DNA of 64,000 nucleotides from Tubiluchus corallicola (lineage: Eukaryota > Animalia > Priapulida): assembly GCA_030141605.1 (NCBI GenBank), contig JAQGDQ010000599.1, positions 1-64,000 of the forward strand, read 5' to 3'. A program made the translations under genes and the position numbers. The notes under the pieces were generated by a model. That model did not search any database. It was not told the DNA's origin and saw only the letters and a program-made list of their open reading frames with translations. Of this stretch, positions 11,603 to 26,210 are shown piece by piece; the first letter of the stretch is position 1; each line of letters opens with the position of its first letter.

Positions 11603-11963
11603 TAGAAGGGGTGTGCATTCTCTGCCAGAAAGCGAATTCGGATCGAATCGAGTTTGTGGCTTTCGTACTCGAATCAAACCGAATTTTGAGATTTCGAATC
11701 CGAATTCAGCTGTCAAAATTTTCGAATCAAGCAGTTTCACAAAGATCATGCGTATTACTTTATTTTATTCTGCAGTAAATAAAAATACTAATAATTTGCT
11801 TAAAAATTGCTTACAGAAATCTCAGCTAAATTGTGCTGATTCAAGTGTTTTAGTTGTAAAGGGATGTATGTAGTTTAAGTGCTGAATTTAAATTTAAATT
11901 TAAATCGAATTCGAACTAAAAAAGTTATACAGGCTGAATATGGACGTGTGATGTCCAGCCCTA
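11603..11963. mobile_element. Degenerate hAT-like non-autonomous element
   Basis: TAG..GGGGTGTGC start and CAGCCCTA end, with dense subterminal TTCGAA/CGAAT motifs at both ends. Confidence 0.4.
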
Positions 11964-14535
11964 GTGAATAATAAATAGGTAGAATAAATGTATAAGAAAT
12001 ACACAGTACATGGGTGCCTTTTACTCCTTACGTTTGTGTTTACATTTGCATAAATTTGCAACCTTTGTTTAAATCACAATAACTGTAGTAGTAATCATCA
12101 CTGAAAACTAATTATTTATGCTCTATATTAATAAAAGCTGTCATATATATACATTATTATATATGATGTGTTTCATATAAGTGCAGTAGATGAAATTGGC
12201 TTAATTACTAGCACTTTGAACATAAAAGTTGTTCACTACATGACCCTGATGACAGTGTGGGATAAGAGAATAAAAAAGTGAAAACGATTTACAACGCCAA
12301 ATAGTAAACAAAAATCAGAAATTAATTGACTGCTGTAAAAAGAGTAAAAAATAAATGCGAATATATGTTAATGTGCATATCCAATAATTAAACAAAGAAT
12401 AGGTACGCTTGTATGTTACTTGGTATATACCAACTAAGTTTAGGCTCATGGAAGAGCGTAGAAATCCAAATTAAACCACAAGCAGAGATAGTTTAGTTCT
12501 GGCATTGTGATATTACAAAAATGGAGCTGTGATGAGGCTCTGTACATTCATGTAATCTGCACGGTGGGTTCGTAACTGTTACCATAAGGTAAAATCTGAA
12601 AATATGCGGCCTCGGATACTTCTAGCTCTGGATGCATTGTGTCCATCACTCAGAAATCTTCTTATATGCAGTTCCTTTTTATACAGCCCAATGATTTGTA
12701 TTAGCAGTCTAAATAATTATGTAGTATTGTTAGTTTATGTAACTCGAGCATTCTTTCCTTTTTTCATTGTGTAAACTGAGTGAAACATAGAATCTACCAA
12801 ACGTGAAATACTCTGCAATGTATGAGGTTAAATCGAAAAAGACTGATAAGACGATGATGCTGTTGATAATGATGACCATGGTGGTACGGAATAAGTATGC
12901 TGAATATAATGTTGATGAAAATAACAATAATAATGACGATGATATTGATAACAATGATGAAAATGGTGGTGATGATCGAAATGCGAGTAACTGCCATAAT
13001 CGTCACCATTTATTTATTATGCAATTATTATGATGAGAGGACATTTGAATAGGCTGTCCACTAGTCAGCTTCATTGTTCTTATTTCCAGCAACTTTATCC
13101 TCTAACATCCATCGTTTTTCTCCCCCAATCTCCTCCACCTCGTCTTCAGTCTGGATTGTCATCATCATCATCATTCTTGAGGTAGGATGCCATTAGGACA
13201 CTTATTTCCTCTGGTATGACAAATTGGGGATACTCATTGCCATAAAATCAGTAATGGATTGCCAATGATAGCAGGGGGTGGTGATGCTGCTTTATTTTTA
13301 TGCAGTAGTTTGGCTCCGTGCAAACCAAAATTCAGCAGTCAGTAACACGACATACTTAGTGTAGATGCTTGTGGCAGGACCAAAGTTTATAATTATCACA
13401 TTATGTCTCTGTCTAAGATGTTGTTGTCAACTATGTCATTGATTATGTCATTATTTAAGATGAGACAATGAACTGTAGGACTTAGCCACTTGTGAATTCA
13501 TTTGCATCATGCTTTCTCAGTGACGGTGATGATGAATGATCGAATGAATGGTGGTGCTGATGACTATGATGATCCGTGATCTGGAGATAGTATTGGAAGA
13601 AAAAGGAGAGTAAAAAGTTTGACAGAATGGTATAGAATGAAGACGACGAAAATAAGGATGATCATGCATATGCGGAATTCTATAATTGTCTATCATCATG
13701 TAACAGCCGTTTGTCAGAAGCTGCACATGTTTACATCAGTATCTCGATAAGCTACTTCGAATATGTTTGTCGGTTATGCACTTTGCAAAGTATTTCACTG
13801 TAATGAACCAAACACAACAGTACAATACTACAACGAAAAAATCAGACTCTTCATGATAAAAATAGCTTTAGTTAGAAATTTTGAAACGCGGGGCCAGGCA
13901 AAAGAGCCTGAAATGCAGCATTGTAGTGATTGCACTCAAATTGTGACTTACGTTTTTGCATAACTGCTTGATTTTTCAATCAATAAGTATAATCAGTTTT
14001 AAGCGTAAAAAATCACCCGCGTTTTTTATTGGCGGCACTTTTTTAGAAATACTAAATAAATCAGTCGTGGTATATTATCTACATAGAAAGTGCAACTTAT
14101 TCATTTTTAATTAGACACATGTCATGTAATTTTATTGCTGCAGGTCTATTTTATTGTTTCTGTTAACGTTAACAATCGCTCGATTTAGAATTGTTCAATT
14201 CCACGGTTTTCACAACACAAAATTCGATTTTTCCTTACAACGCTGTGCAACAGAAGCATGTAGCTTGAAACGCAAATACATTAAAAAGAGAAGATTTTTG
14301 CTGATGGCAAGTTCGGAAACTGTGGACGCAGGATTCTAACCGGGTAGAGGCGCATGCCTGTCAAACCACGAACCTGAATTATTTTACTACACTAGTATTG
14401 TAATGGTCGCATTCTAGGCTATGCTACGGCGAAGAACTGAAGCGCAACGCGCTTGTATTATTCCGGCTCAGGCTTATTGACCGGTTTTGACGAATAAACG
14501 TTGTACGGAGGGAGTGGGGGAGAGCTCAGAAAAAC

Positions 14536-14592
14536 ATGGCTGACAAGTCTTCAGATAAGCATGGACATAAACAGCACAAGTCTCAGCCTTTG
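14536..14592 (+). CDS. Candidate distal first coding exon of ankyrin (MADKSSDKHGHKQHKSQPL)
   Basis: AAAACATGG start context, 19 codons, TTG|GTAAGT phase-0 donor compatible with the 48962 exon; CpG-rich region 14170-14530 upstream. Confidence 0.65.
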
Positions 14593-17367
14593 GTAAGTGT
14601 ATAAGTGAATTTCTACTGTAGTTTACTGTATCATTATGCAGATATAACCAACTTCGGTGGCAGGTGTGTTTACGAATAAACAGCCACAAACTAATCAATT
14701 GCACCAAAATAAACTGTAGTCCTATTCTGTACCTGCTAACTGTGTAACTCTGCAATCGGTTCATCCTTAATTTAGTCTTTCTTTTGCTTTATAAGAAATT
14801 AAATACGTCGACAGCAAGTTTATTAGGTCAAAGTTTCAGTCTAGTTGATTATGCACCTCTCCATAAGTAGGCAAAGCTCGATTTTAAGCCGAATACTTTT
14901 TTGCTGAAATTTATTCGGCCAGGTCGACCTACATACTTCGAGTACCTGGCTGCGAGAGGTCAATCAAAAATTCAATAGAAACAATGATACCATGTACTGA
15001 TTTAATCATGTTTAAAATAGCTGCTTGTAGTTGTGTATTAACTAATCCGTCTGCCAACACAACTAGGTTGCTATGCATAACGCATGTGCATATTGCCTAA
15101 TGGTAGGAGTGGCTAATTGGTGTTGGTTTATAAATTACAATCCATAGTTGGGCAGTTTGAGTCTATATGTACCGATTTTATGCCATTTGCTTTTTGATTA
15201 CAGATTTTATTGTATTCGTTGGCACAATTTGCTTTTCTTAAAACCATAATAGTCAATGAATGATTTGAGTTCAGTACGCCTACATACGGTTATGTAAAGC
15301 CTTGCAAATGGATTTATTTTATGCTTGTAGCCCATGAAATATTGAGTCTGCTGCGGGTTTCAGTGACTTTACATCAAATAATTATTTGCTGTGTTACTGC
15401 AAAATGTTATCTCGTGTATCTTAATGATATAGAGACGTACACTAATGCATGTAGGCAGTGTCAAGAACGCTGACCCAACAGTCCCCCCCATTTAAGTAAG
15501 AATTAGATCTAAGACCATTGATGCTATTCTTGGCACATCTATGCATTTTTAAAGGTTCTGATAGGTATATTGTTAAATATCTTTCTTCATTTTTAACACA
15601 CTAAAACTGTATTTGCATGTACTTAGATTACGCAATAACGAATAAACGCAATAGGGGTGTGCGTCACATGGTTGCGTTATTACAAAATTCATTTTGGCTA
15701 GCCGCTGGCTTTGATTCTTTTTATCCCCTTTTGTAAGAAAATAATGAAGCTAATACCTTACTTTTGTGGTTGCTCTTTTCAAGGGCTGCTCTAATGTGAT
15801 AGTTATTGTGCGCAGGTGTTCCTAGGTGCTTGTAATTACCTAAAGATAAAGTTCTAACATTTGAATTATGTCTTACGTCGCATTTGGGCAGAAAAGAAAC
15901 TAAATACAGCTACACTTGTAGTCGGATTTTAAGCCAATAAGCTGAGAAAATTTAGGAATTTTTGCAGTTCGTGACACGAAACTATACCACATAAGGAGGC
16001 TTAGCTCAGGAAATCGAAATACACTTACAATTTTATACACCATGTATTTAACAAGGTAAAGTTTTCTCGATGTGTTTTAGCTCTAGTGCAATTTTTAGGA
16101 GTTGGTCGAGTCGTTTTTGAACAAAACTGCAGAACAGAGTGTTTATTACGATCTTCTAAATTCTAGTAGGTTTTTGTGACATAACGCAGCCCATCTGCGC
16201 GGCAGTCCAAGGTCATTTATCAAGTGCATTGTAGGATAAGAAAATTTTACAATGTCTGCGTAAGTATTGTTCAGACTTTTGCATCTGACAGGCTTGACAG
16301 CTTTCATACTAAGTAACATTGGGAACTGGCCGTGTCCATTAAAGTGCTCTTTAGCGATGAAGTGAAAAGTTTTCATGTTGGTTTTAACAGCTGATAGCCC
16401 TGCGGATGGCTTCCTGATCAATTTTCTGCTCGTCCTGCTAGTCGCAAGACAATGATCATTGGCTTCCTTCGTTCTCCTAAACTATTTTCCCTGACACTTT
16501 TATGACAGCTAAAATTACGTCTGTGTGTTCTTTAACAGTGGTAAATTGGCAATGCTTTCAATTCATTTATAATTTTTATGCAGTTTATGAGGGTATATTG
16601 GCATCGTTATTATACAGCCATGCTGAGTATATGCGCCGTATAACTAGGTTTTTCGTTTAGAATTGATACTATCGTAAAATGAGTACGCGTTTGCAAAAAC
16701 CCATAGAAAACGAGACAGTCACGTTAATTGAATTTTGCCAAGGGTAACGCCCAGTAATGCAGAGGTAGACTAAACAAGCTCATGTTAACCCTTAAACTCT
16801 GGAACCTTTATTTCTTGCTGTAGAGCGCGGATCAATGTACGTGTATCAATTGCAGAAACTTATGCAGGACGTGTAATACTAATTGCTTAATGCTCACGGT
16901 CTTTTAGGAGCTGCTATAACAGTTAGCACATTGTAAATTACTATTGCAGATATAACCACCTTTCCGATATTCGGGCGCCCCGGTGTTTTTTGAAATACCT
17001 TTTCAATGGCAGTTTTGCAGTTTTGAACTAGGAGTCTGAATCCTGCAAACACCCATTTATCATAATAATGACTTTTTCCACAAAAGCGGTGGTGTTGATT
17101 ATCGGTGCTCATTCACGCAGCGCAAAATGAAATGACTCATTCTAAAAAAACTAACATTATTTACGTGTAACCTCGCCAGGCATGTCCGTGAAAAAAGATT
17201 AAATTAAATGATGGAGAATTAGTCAAAGATTAAGGCCTAATAGTGGGTTCCAAACATGTTGGACCCAAATAAAAGTCCAATAGCTATTGGGAAATCGATT
17301 AGCTACGGATTTCTTAAGTTCTCTACTTCTCCGAATGGTTGCTGCACACAATAATTCATTGATGCCC

Positions 17368-17795
17368 AACTACTGCTTATGCTGTAACCCAATGTAAATG
17401 ATGTAGGCCTATAGCATTTACTTCAGGTAACTACTGCTTATCCTGTAACCCAATGTAAATGACGTAGGCGTATAGCATTTACTTCAGGTAACTACTGCTT
17501 ATCCTGTAACCCAATGTAAATGCTGTAGGCGTATAGCATTTACTTCAGGTAACTACTGCTTATCCTGTAACCCAATGTAAATGATGTAGGCGTATAGCAT
17601 TTACTTCAGGTAACTACTGCTTATCCTGTAACCCAATGTAAATGATGTAGGCGTATAGCATTTACTTCAGGTAACTACTGCTTATCCTGTAACGCAATGT
17701 AAATGATGTAGGCGTATAGCATTTACTTCAGGTAACTACTGCTTATCCTGTAACGCAATGTAAATGATGTAGGCCTATAGCATTTACTTCAGGTA
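17368..17795. repeat. 61-bp minisatellite, 7 copies
   Basis: AACTACTGCTTATCCTGTAACCCAATGTAAATGATGTAGGCGTATAGCATTTACTTCAGGT in near-identical units. Confidence 0.97.
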
Positions 17796-17893
17796 AATAA
17801 AGTACATGATTATTGTAATCTGAACGTACTTGTTATTGTAAAGCAGCGCGCTAGTTATTGGGGAATAGAACTTTTTGTGTACTTTTGGACTTT

Positions 17894-17977
17894 TGAGGAT
17901 AAGCAGTCTAGTGGTCACGACGTTGGGCTTGTAGTCCAAAAGCACCTGGTTCAAATCCGTGCTCAGTGGATTTTTTT
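17894..17977 (+). pseudogene. Degenerate tRNA-like sequence (tRNA pseudogene or SINE head)
   Basis: A-box-like AGTCTAGTGG, arm TTGGG-CTTGTAG-TCCAA, B box GGTTCAAATCC, then T7; the acceptor stem does not pair well. Confidence 0.45.
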
Positions 17978-19775
17978 CCACATTTACCTTTCCTTTCTGC
18001 GAAGTTTGATTTCAAAATTCGACAATTTTGGGTTCATACTATCACTAAACTTAAAAGTAAGATTAGAACTGCATGACAGTTAGTTTGTTATATATAAAAA
18101 CGTTTAGCTATTTCGTTGTACTGATATTGCTGGTCATGCGTGGTATTCATGGTGTGCAAAAAGTAATAAATTTATTCTGGTTAGTGTTATAGAGGAGTTT
18201 ATATTCACAATTTGTCATCAATCTGAACAGCAGCTGCAGTTCGGTGCAAATGACAGAATTATTGCAGTCGTAATTACTTTACACAGTGTAGCACCCGTGT
18301 TGTAAATGCATTCATGAGCTTTTTAATCTATGTCACGCTTCTGCTGTAATTATATTCGTAGTCATAGATATAATTATAACTTGCTGTGTACCGTTTTGTA
18401 TCTGGCGCCTAGCTGTATATAAACTGTATGTAAATCAGGCATTTTCTCACTTTTGAAAATTTTAATGTAGTTGCTTGATTTTTGGTTAAAAGATTTCACT
18501 ACTAGGCTGAAATTGTGACCTCCTAAGCTGATGTCACTGAATTTGAACCCTTTATTGTCACCATAAATGCTTCCAGTTTGCCTGGTCTTCATCCATTCAT
18601 TGAGTCAGTCAGTCAGTCACCCAGTTATTCCATAGGTTGCTTAGTAGTGAGTCAGGCAATCAGCTGTTCTGCCTTATTGGTGATTCTTTTGGCTAAGCAA
18701 TCTGGTACACAGTTAAATTGCTAGATCACCTGCCAATCAGCCAAATGATCCAGGCCAACAACTTTCGCTTATTTAACGCGTAGACGGTGATTTGCTAAAG
18801 CGACAAATGCAGGCAGAGGGCCGTTACGAATAAAACGATTCCGCCAGGATTTTGCTTAATATCAATGATTGATGATTTCCGATATTACTGTGAACTTTAC
18901 GAGTTTTGTCGTTCCGCTACTGGCGTTTAAGTCAAAATTTGCCACGCGCATTTAAACCGGCGCTGCAATTTACTTAGATTGCCCCTAGAAGGTCACAGCC
19001 ACACACGTGCTGAAATTACTTGAACGCGAGTTGCCATGTATTGCAGAGCTTTTACTGATTGTACAACTCTTGAAACGAAAAGATACTTTTTTAGCTCTGG
19101 AGCCACTGTATTAGTTGCTAAACGCCACATTAGAGCTGAAACGATAGTTCCACCGACGCAGTGTACCTGAATTACATTTTGCGTTAGTTTGGTCATTAGG
19201 CTGAAATAACGGTTTATTCTGCTATACGTCTTTAATGTATCTCTTATCTCTGATTAATAAACAAACTTGATTTCAAGAAACTAATTTCTACAATAAAATT
19301 TCTAGTTTTTATTTGAGCACGTATTTGAGAAATGAAATTAATTCAACTCTGTTTTAGATCTTAAAATGAACACTCAAAAATTCTGCTTTTTAGTTTTGCG
19401 GATACTATTTTATTCATTTTATATTTGTTTGCTTGTATTTATTTACTTGATTTGTTTGTATTTCATTTCTTTATCGTTTATTAAAGCGCATGTGTTTCTC
19501 TGTTATAATTCTACACTACTGTACAGTAATACTGAATCTAGTTAGATGCGGACTGTTCATTATATTTGCTGCTGAAAATCGTTTTTCCCTATTGCTAATT
19601 GCACGTCTGTTGATGTTCATTCTAATTATATTAGTCAGCCTGATTTGGGCATGAATAAGAACAGCAGCTGCTAGCTCAGCGGTGGCTTCTTAGAGGAGAC
19701 TAAACGCCGGTCACAGTGGCTTCACAACACCATGCGGCCAAGAACTCATAAGCCATAATTTAGATGATTCACCCC

Positions 19776-19893
19776 ACCACAGACTGATAATCGTTAAATG
19801 TTATTAATGAATCTATGATATTGTGTGACTGGTATTCACCACCATAGACTGATAATCGTTAAATGTAATTAATGAATCTATGATACTGTGTGA
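19776..19893. repeat. Short tandem duplication, about 63 bp x2
   Basis: CACCA(C/T)AGACTGATAATCGTTAAATGT(T/A)ATTAATGAATCTATGATA(T/C)TGTGTGA occurs twice. Confidence 0.85.
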
Positions 19894-22800
19894 TTGATGT
19901 GATTTGTGCTTATGGTGAGTGTTATTAACGTAGCCTGTACATCTACATTCATATCAAGGCGCAAGATTGCAGCCCAGCTGAAAATAAAGCTGACTTCAAA
20001 AAATACAATAGAATACATTGACACCCATGAATATTGAGATCTCACAGGGGTCTTCAAGATGTCTTTTTATCAGAAATCTAGATGTTTTCTTTAACGTATG
20101 AAAACTTATGAAATTCGGTTTCGAAGCCTAGGTCTGCTTTTTATTCTACCTTTCCTCCTGATAATGTCTCGTTCATGTTAATAAAGCACAATAAAACATG
20201 TTAAAGATGTATAGGTCGAAGTGTGTCCACTATTCTTATGCATACAGTTTGCATTCTTTCTCTCCTAATAATAATCTATATTGTACTGAACCATCACATA
20301 AGCCTATGTTAAGGATCTCGTTTATGGGTCGCGCAATTAGCAGTTCACAGGCATTTTCTTCTTAAAGATCGTCTTCTAAAAGAGATCGGTTGTTATAAGA
20401 ATTGCAACTTTGCTTTTCAGAAACAAGCAACTTGTGCTGTAAATTCTTTACCCCAGGCTTTAACACCCAGGTTCTAAGTAAAGTCAGCAAAAACACTAGA
20501 AGCAAAAACAGGACAGTCATGCTGTATGTCTACAGGCTAGAGCGTGGGTACTATACAGGTATCGCTTGGATTACTGCCAAAACCAATATTGATCAAATGC
20601 TTGGTGGTCTGAATGAAATGACCTGTCTGTAGGACCTTGTGGAAGGGTGTAGGCGAGAAAGTTGTGGGCGTTTAGTGTGCATTATTGGTCTTCTATTTAA
20701 ACAAATATTTATTATGAACTCAAGAATGATGGTCATTATTGTTTGAGGTGGCGGCACATACGTGCTTTAGCAATGGCAAAAAATATGTAGCTGGATATTT
20801 GTCTTATCTGTGAGCTGTTCACTTCGGCTGTCTAGCTCCTCTACTGTCCACCTCTCTTGCAAAGGTTTTGCAATAAATTAATTTTATAAAATACTTTCCC
20901 CCACACTAATTTGGGGTACTTTTTAGAGGTGCCGGAAATACTTTTGCAACCAATTCTGTTAGTATGTTTTGCTTTGTGTTTTTTCTTGTATTTGACTCTG
21001 GTGTTTAGTTTTAGAGACATTATTTCTATCCTTATGCCTTCATGGAATTTTCTCACTGGCGTCAGACATTACAGATACATGTAGTCGCATTGGCTTGCTG
21101 CAACGGGGAGAGGCATAATGGGATAAATGAAGATATTTTCATTAACTATCTTAAATATCCTAACACTCATTTGTTGATCGAGCAACGCCGTACGGTGTTT
21201 GCAAAACGAGAAACAAACAAGAAGTGAAACACAGTTCTTTTGTTTTTTTTTAAAGAATTTATGCTAGCTCCTTTTTTCTGTCATCAGTCAGGCTCTTTAT
21301 CGAAACCTTTCTGGAAATATGTTTTGTTCCTCTGACAATGAACTGTAACTAGTAATTACGCTACAGTCAGAATCCTCGATATTTCCAGTAAACGTTTTTG
21401 ATTGGCTACATAGTTTTGGCATGAAAGAATAACTAATTAAAAGAGAAAATATTAACACGGTTTTTAATAATTAAGCAAAGTGCCTTGAACTGTGTTTGTT
21501 TTTTGTCTCCTCTATAGTTCGTAGCTCTATCCTCTTAAGCCGTTCGGCTTCTCATATTTGCTTTCGGCATCCCTCCCCCTCCCCCCCGTTTCTTTTAAAA
21601 TTTACATGACTCACAAAATGAAACCCTACAGTGTAAGTCTGGCTTCTTTGCCCTTCTTGCCTATGAAAACAAAAGCACAGTGGTGAAATCAACCGAATCT
21701 TCAACCGGTTCTGTGTTTATTGATCGGACGCTGATAATAACGGAGGCTCGTTCCCTTATCAACAAAGAGATGCGCGACCCCCACTTCAAATCAGTGCACC
21801 ATTTGTAGAAAAGGACGCTCTTGTACGACAATATTGTTCTGCACCATTTGCATGAAAATACCGTGCTTACACGTGCTTAGGGTGCTGACATGGCCAACCA
21901 CAGGCTTGTCAGTAGCTTTCTGGGGTATGATATTAACACGGTGACAGGATACCTTGTCCTGTTGTGTACTGCTTCGACACACCTATTGCTCGTTTCTAAA
22001 CTTAGAGTTGCTGTCATTTAGACACAATTTGAATAGTTTAAAAGCACCCACATCACGTCTCTAAATTAAACCGAACCCGCCAACAAAATTAATATGATTT
22101 GTGGGGAGTTTAGTGCCTACTAAATTTTGGAGTTTGTAGTGGAGCAATACACGAGACGTTTATTGCAACCAATTACTCACATTTTAGTGCCTTTCACTGG
22201 TTTGTCATGTGTCTCCAACCGTGAGAGCTTGTATTAGTTCTTGAAAGCTCTAGAAATATTGTTGTAATCGCTATACTTTTGCTGGTGCTGTGGAATGATA
22301 ATTATTATATCTTTGATCATCTATTCTTTGTGATACACGTAATCTCTCAGATGGTCCAGGAGTTCTATTCCTCTACGATTCCTTCAACCACATATACACA
22401 TATTTTTGATTGGGAGTTATGGGTATGCTGCAGGATAATCTGTTATTTAGCTGAAGCGAGATAGCGTGAGTTTTGGTACTAACTTCCAGCTGATGTAAAT
22501 GAAGTAAATGAAGTAATCACTGGTACAGCGGGGTCTCTTACTGCACCCACGCAATGGTACGCATCTATACTTAATGAGGAGTTCTGATAATCCCGGTACT
22601 GATGCAAATACCGTCTATAGGGATGCAGCTGTGAATTTCGCCACTGAGCTGGCATTGACATGCCTAGTCCATTAATTTGATAAGTGCTCTTGTTAGACGC
22701 TGACTTTCAGGAAGCCATTAGTACTATTGGTCTGTTCCTTTGGCTTCCGCTGTATAGATTCACAATACATTGACAGTTACAAGAACTACGAATTTACTTA

Positions 22801-24020
22801 CAGACGCAACACTGATATAATTAGGTTACTATCATAAGGGTAACAAAACAACAAAGAAAAGTGTGAATGCAGATTCAGGAAGCTAAAAAATATAAGAGAA
22901 ACCAGACTAACAATGATATCTAGGACCTAGCTAGGAAAATCTGTTTAATAGGGAGGTCTAACATCTGTTAAACTTCATTTTAAACAGCCAAAGCTTATAA
23001 AATTAAAAGAAAATCATATGGTAACATGCATTGCCACAGCGTAACACCTCAAGGGACAAGCGTAATATGTCTAAGTAACCATAGGAAGTTGTAGCTTGAG
23101 CATAATGTAAGATGAGAGGAAGTAGGAGGAGCTAAGTATGCAAAGGGATGCAATACGTTTCTAAGTCATACAGCAGTTAAGGTGACTCTGAGTTTCTCAG
23201 ACCTGAAAGCATTTTCTTCCATTTCTGAAACTAATAATTGCTTGGCATTTTGAGTAGGTATTTCAGAACACTTACTGCAAATAACATTTTACAGACACGC
23301 GTTGAAATCAGTTTTGAACAAGGTTTTGAAAAGGGTACGGCAGAGATGAGCCTGATTTGGGCGTGTAATTCACTTATTTACTTTTAGGACCTGTTTTGAA
23401 AATTCTCGTCAAGTGGCCTTGCTAATCCGACTGTAAAAATGTGATCCTCTTTCTTTAGAGGATTATTTGTATCTGATATCGGCCATAATTATCATTATTT
23501 TGTTCAAGGTCACGCAACAGTTCCTACGACAGGTCATAAATAAATAGTTTTCAAACGCCAGCGCACAATCACTGCAGTCAATTTAAACTGGTAAATTTAC
23601 TAGACAATAATTTTGATTTTAATGTGAACAACTGAAAATTCAGTGATATGTTTCTTCAGATAGAGGACGTAATGGTTTTTGTGAAAATAAATTGCTGAGA
23701 AACGGATGAATCACCTTCAAGGCACTTTATAAGAAATGCAATATACAGTTTTTTTACGTTATGTAATTATGGAACTGTTGCTAATATAAATTTACGACGG
23801 CAATCATAAACAAGATGTACCTATATAAAATAGTGAAAAAATTATTTCAAGTTAGGTAAAACGCAGAGGTAAATCTAAACTGAAAAGTGTTTTAATTCAC
23901 GGAATTTGTGACACGTAATGAGCGACATATCGTTCTAACTTTTAAAAGTTATGTGTACTGCTTCATGTGTAGTCATATTGTAGCTGTGATAGCACAACTG
24001 CTCATATTTTTACGATGTTG

Positions 24021-24313
24021 AAACTAGAATGAGGACTCTCAGCAGAGGTACACCGACCCCTTGACATAAGTCACCATGCGCAAAATTTATTTTGACTTTT
24101 TTATCTTGTAACCTTGACCGTTGACTGTTTAAACTCAAAATGAACAGGTTTCCGTGTCGTGCCCAGACATACCTCTGTGCCAATCTGGTGATTGTGGCTT
24201 CATTCGTTTTACTTTTATTATAATGACAGACAGACAGACAGACAGACAGACAGCCAGACAGGCAGGCACGCAGAGAAACAGACGGGTGTACCGTAAGTCA
24301 TGTAGCAACTAAA
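24021..24313 (+). mobile_element. Pearl/HINE-like (Helentron-associated) non-autonomous element
   Basis: AAACTAGA start, ACCTTGACC(G)TTGAC core motif, internal (GACA)n microsatellite at 24226-24260 and A-rich end, the architecture I recall for pearl/DINE-like elements. Confidence 0.6.
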
Positions 24314-25898
24314 TTGTGTTTTTGTAGAATTAGGGTAGGAAATTAATACGAGCTCGCTTTATCGACTATCGAAAAGAAAATCAATTTGATGAAAGAACCA
24401 AGTAGCCTGTAATTCACAACCGAGCTTCATTTGAGCTGCACTTGCAAGCAACTTGAAACTTGAGGTGTGGCTTTCAGGATTATACCTTATACCGAGTCTA
24501 ATTACGTGCCCAAGATCGTGTAGTCAAATCAGTGCAAGAATGCGCGAACGTGCGGCCCATCCAACTTAAATTTGATACGAATTCATGCAGCACACTCGGT
24601 GAATCCTTCATTATAAAAGTAAATTCATCACATATGATTTGCACGCGGTTTCTACTTTCCAACTCAGGAATGCATTTGCTGGTTGGTGCTGCACTTACGG
24701 CCCTAAATTTGCTGTAATATCTAGCTCTTAATAATTTACATAACGTAGCACGTTGTATGGAGACTACTGTCATGCCACCTAGGTTAACATTTTGCACCAC
24801 ATAACCCTGCTGTAAAATATTAATCAAGCCACTACTAGCTAAAACGGTTTTTGGCGCCTGGCGCCTCATTAAAACCCTCTTTACAGGTGCCTATTTGACT
24901 AACGGCAGGATTATTAATTACTAGAATAATGTGGATAGACGATGACTATGACGTCATTGCTGCTCTGCGTGTATAATTTAAAGCCGTATAGATTGAGAAA
25001 CGGAGAGTGAGTCATTAATATCTGTCAGCGTAGCTGTCTAAGTGTATGTCGGTTTTGTGTGGTTTCATCCAGTTGCCAATCAATTCCTTTGTTAAACAGT
25101 GCAAAATTGATACAGCAAATGCATTCTATTATTGCGCAAAGCTGAGCAATTGACTGAATAAAATATGCCACTGCAGCAGTTTAAAAGCCTAGTTGCCTAT
25201 AATAATAATAATAGGGGCAGTGCCCCAATGATAAAATTTTTTTAATGTTGAATAAAGAATTCCTTTATTTGCACGAGCACAAGTACATACATCGAGACTC
25301 AGCACACCACAAGTATATTTCTACTGGAAAATGAATCCTCGATTACTGGAGAAGAAGAATTACGATGATTTTAACTGTAACAAAATACATCTTCTGCAAA
25401 ATTGTATCCAGTTTCTTTATACATTGTGTAGTTTTTAACTTTCACTGAAACTAAAAAATACGGACTCTTTCAGTGCGTAGACAGGTTTCATAATTAACAA
25501 ATCTATCGTGCACAGTTGAGATGTGTATTATGTAATAAATATAAGTGCAAGGGCTTCATGATGTTTACGATGCGAATGTCCGCATTTAAAAACCAATTTC
25601 TATGCAAAGCTGTAAAAGAGGAAATGCGACTGTTATAAAATTGGTTTCTTTTGTCATTCAAAGTTTCTCAATAATTCCTCCTCTTTCACATGCAATATTG
25701 TTATCTACTGTATCAGAATTTATGAAATAGGGTAGCATATAGATTGTAGAACAATGTAAACATCTGTATTGTACAGTAGAACAATGTAAATGTTCTGCAA
25801 GTGCCTGCAACATCTGTATTGTACAGTCGTAATAAATGCAGATCCTACTATCCAGTAATTTGCTTGAGAAAAATGATTCAACATTACTTGCAAGTTAA

Positions 25899-26210
25899 AC
25901 ATCTTTGTTTGAAGTACAATACATTGTCTGCGTGCACAGGTTTGATGTTGTTCTTGTGACATCTTTGTTTGAAGTACAGTACATTGTCTGCGTGCACAGG
26001 TTTGATGTTGTTCTTGTGACATCTTTATTTGAAGTACAGTACATTGTCTGCGTGCACAGGTTCGATGTTGTTCTTGTGACATCTTTGTTTGAAGTACCGT
26101 ACATTGTCTGCGTGCACAGGTTCAATGTTGTTCTTGTGACATCTTTGTTTGAAGTACAGTACATTGTCTGCGTGCACAGGTTCGATGTTGTTCTTGTGAC
26201 ATCTTTGTTT
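25899..26210. repeat. 60-bp minisatellite, about 5.2 copies
   Basis: ACATCTTTGTTTGAAGTACAGTACATTGTCTGCGTGCACAGGTT(C/T)GATGTTGTTCTTGTG; it explains the three repetitive ORFs at this position. Confidence 0.97.

Noticed and set aside
24992-25006. 15-nt segment IEKRR before GTGAGT as a microexon
   Set aside because: There is no polypyrimidine tract before the AG.
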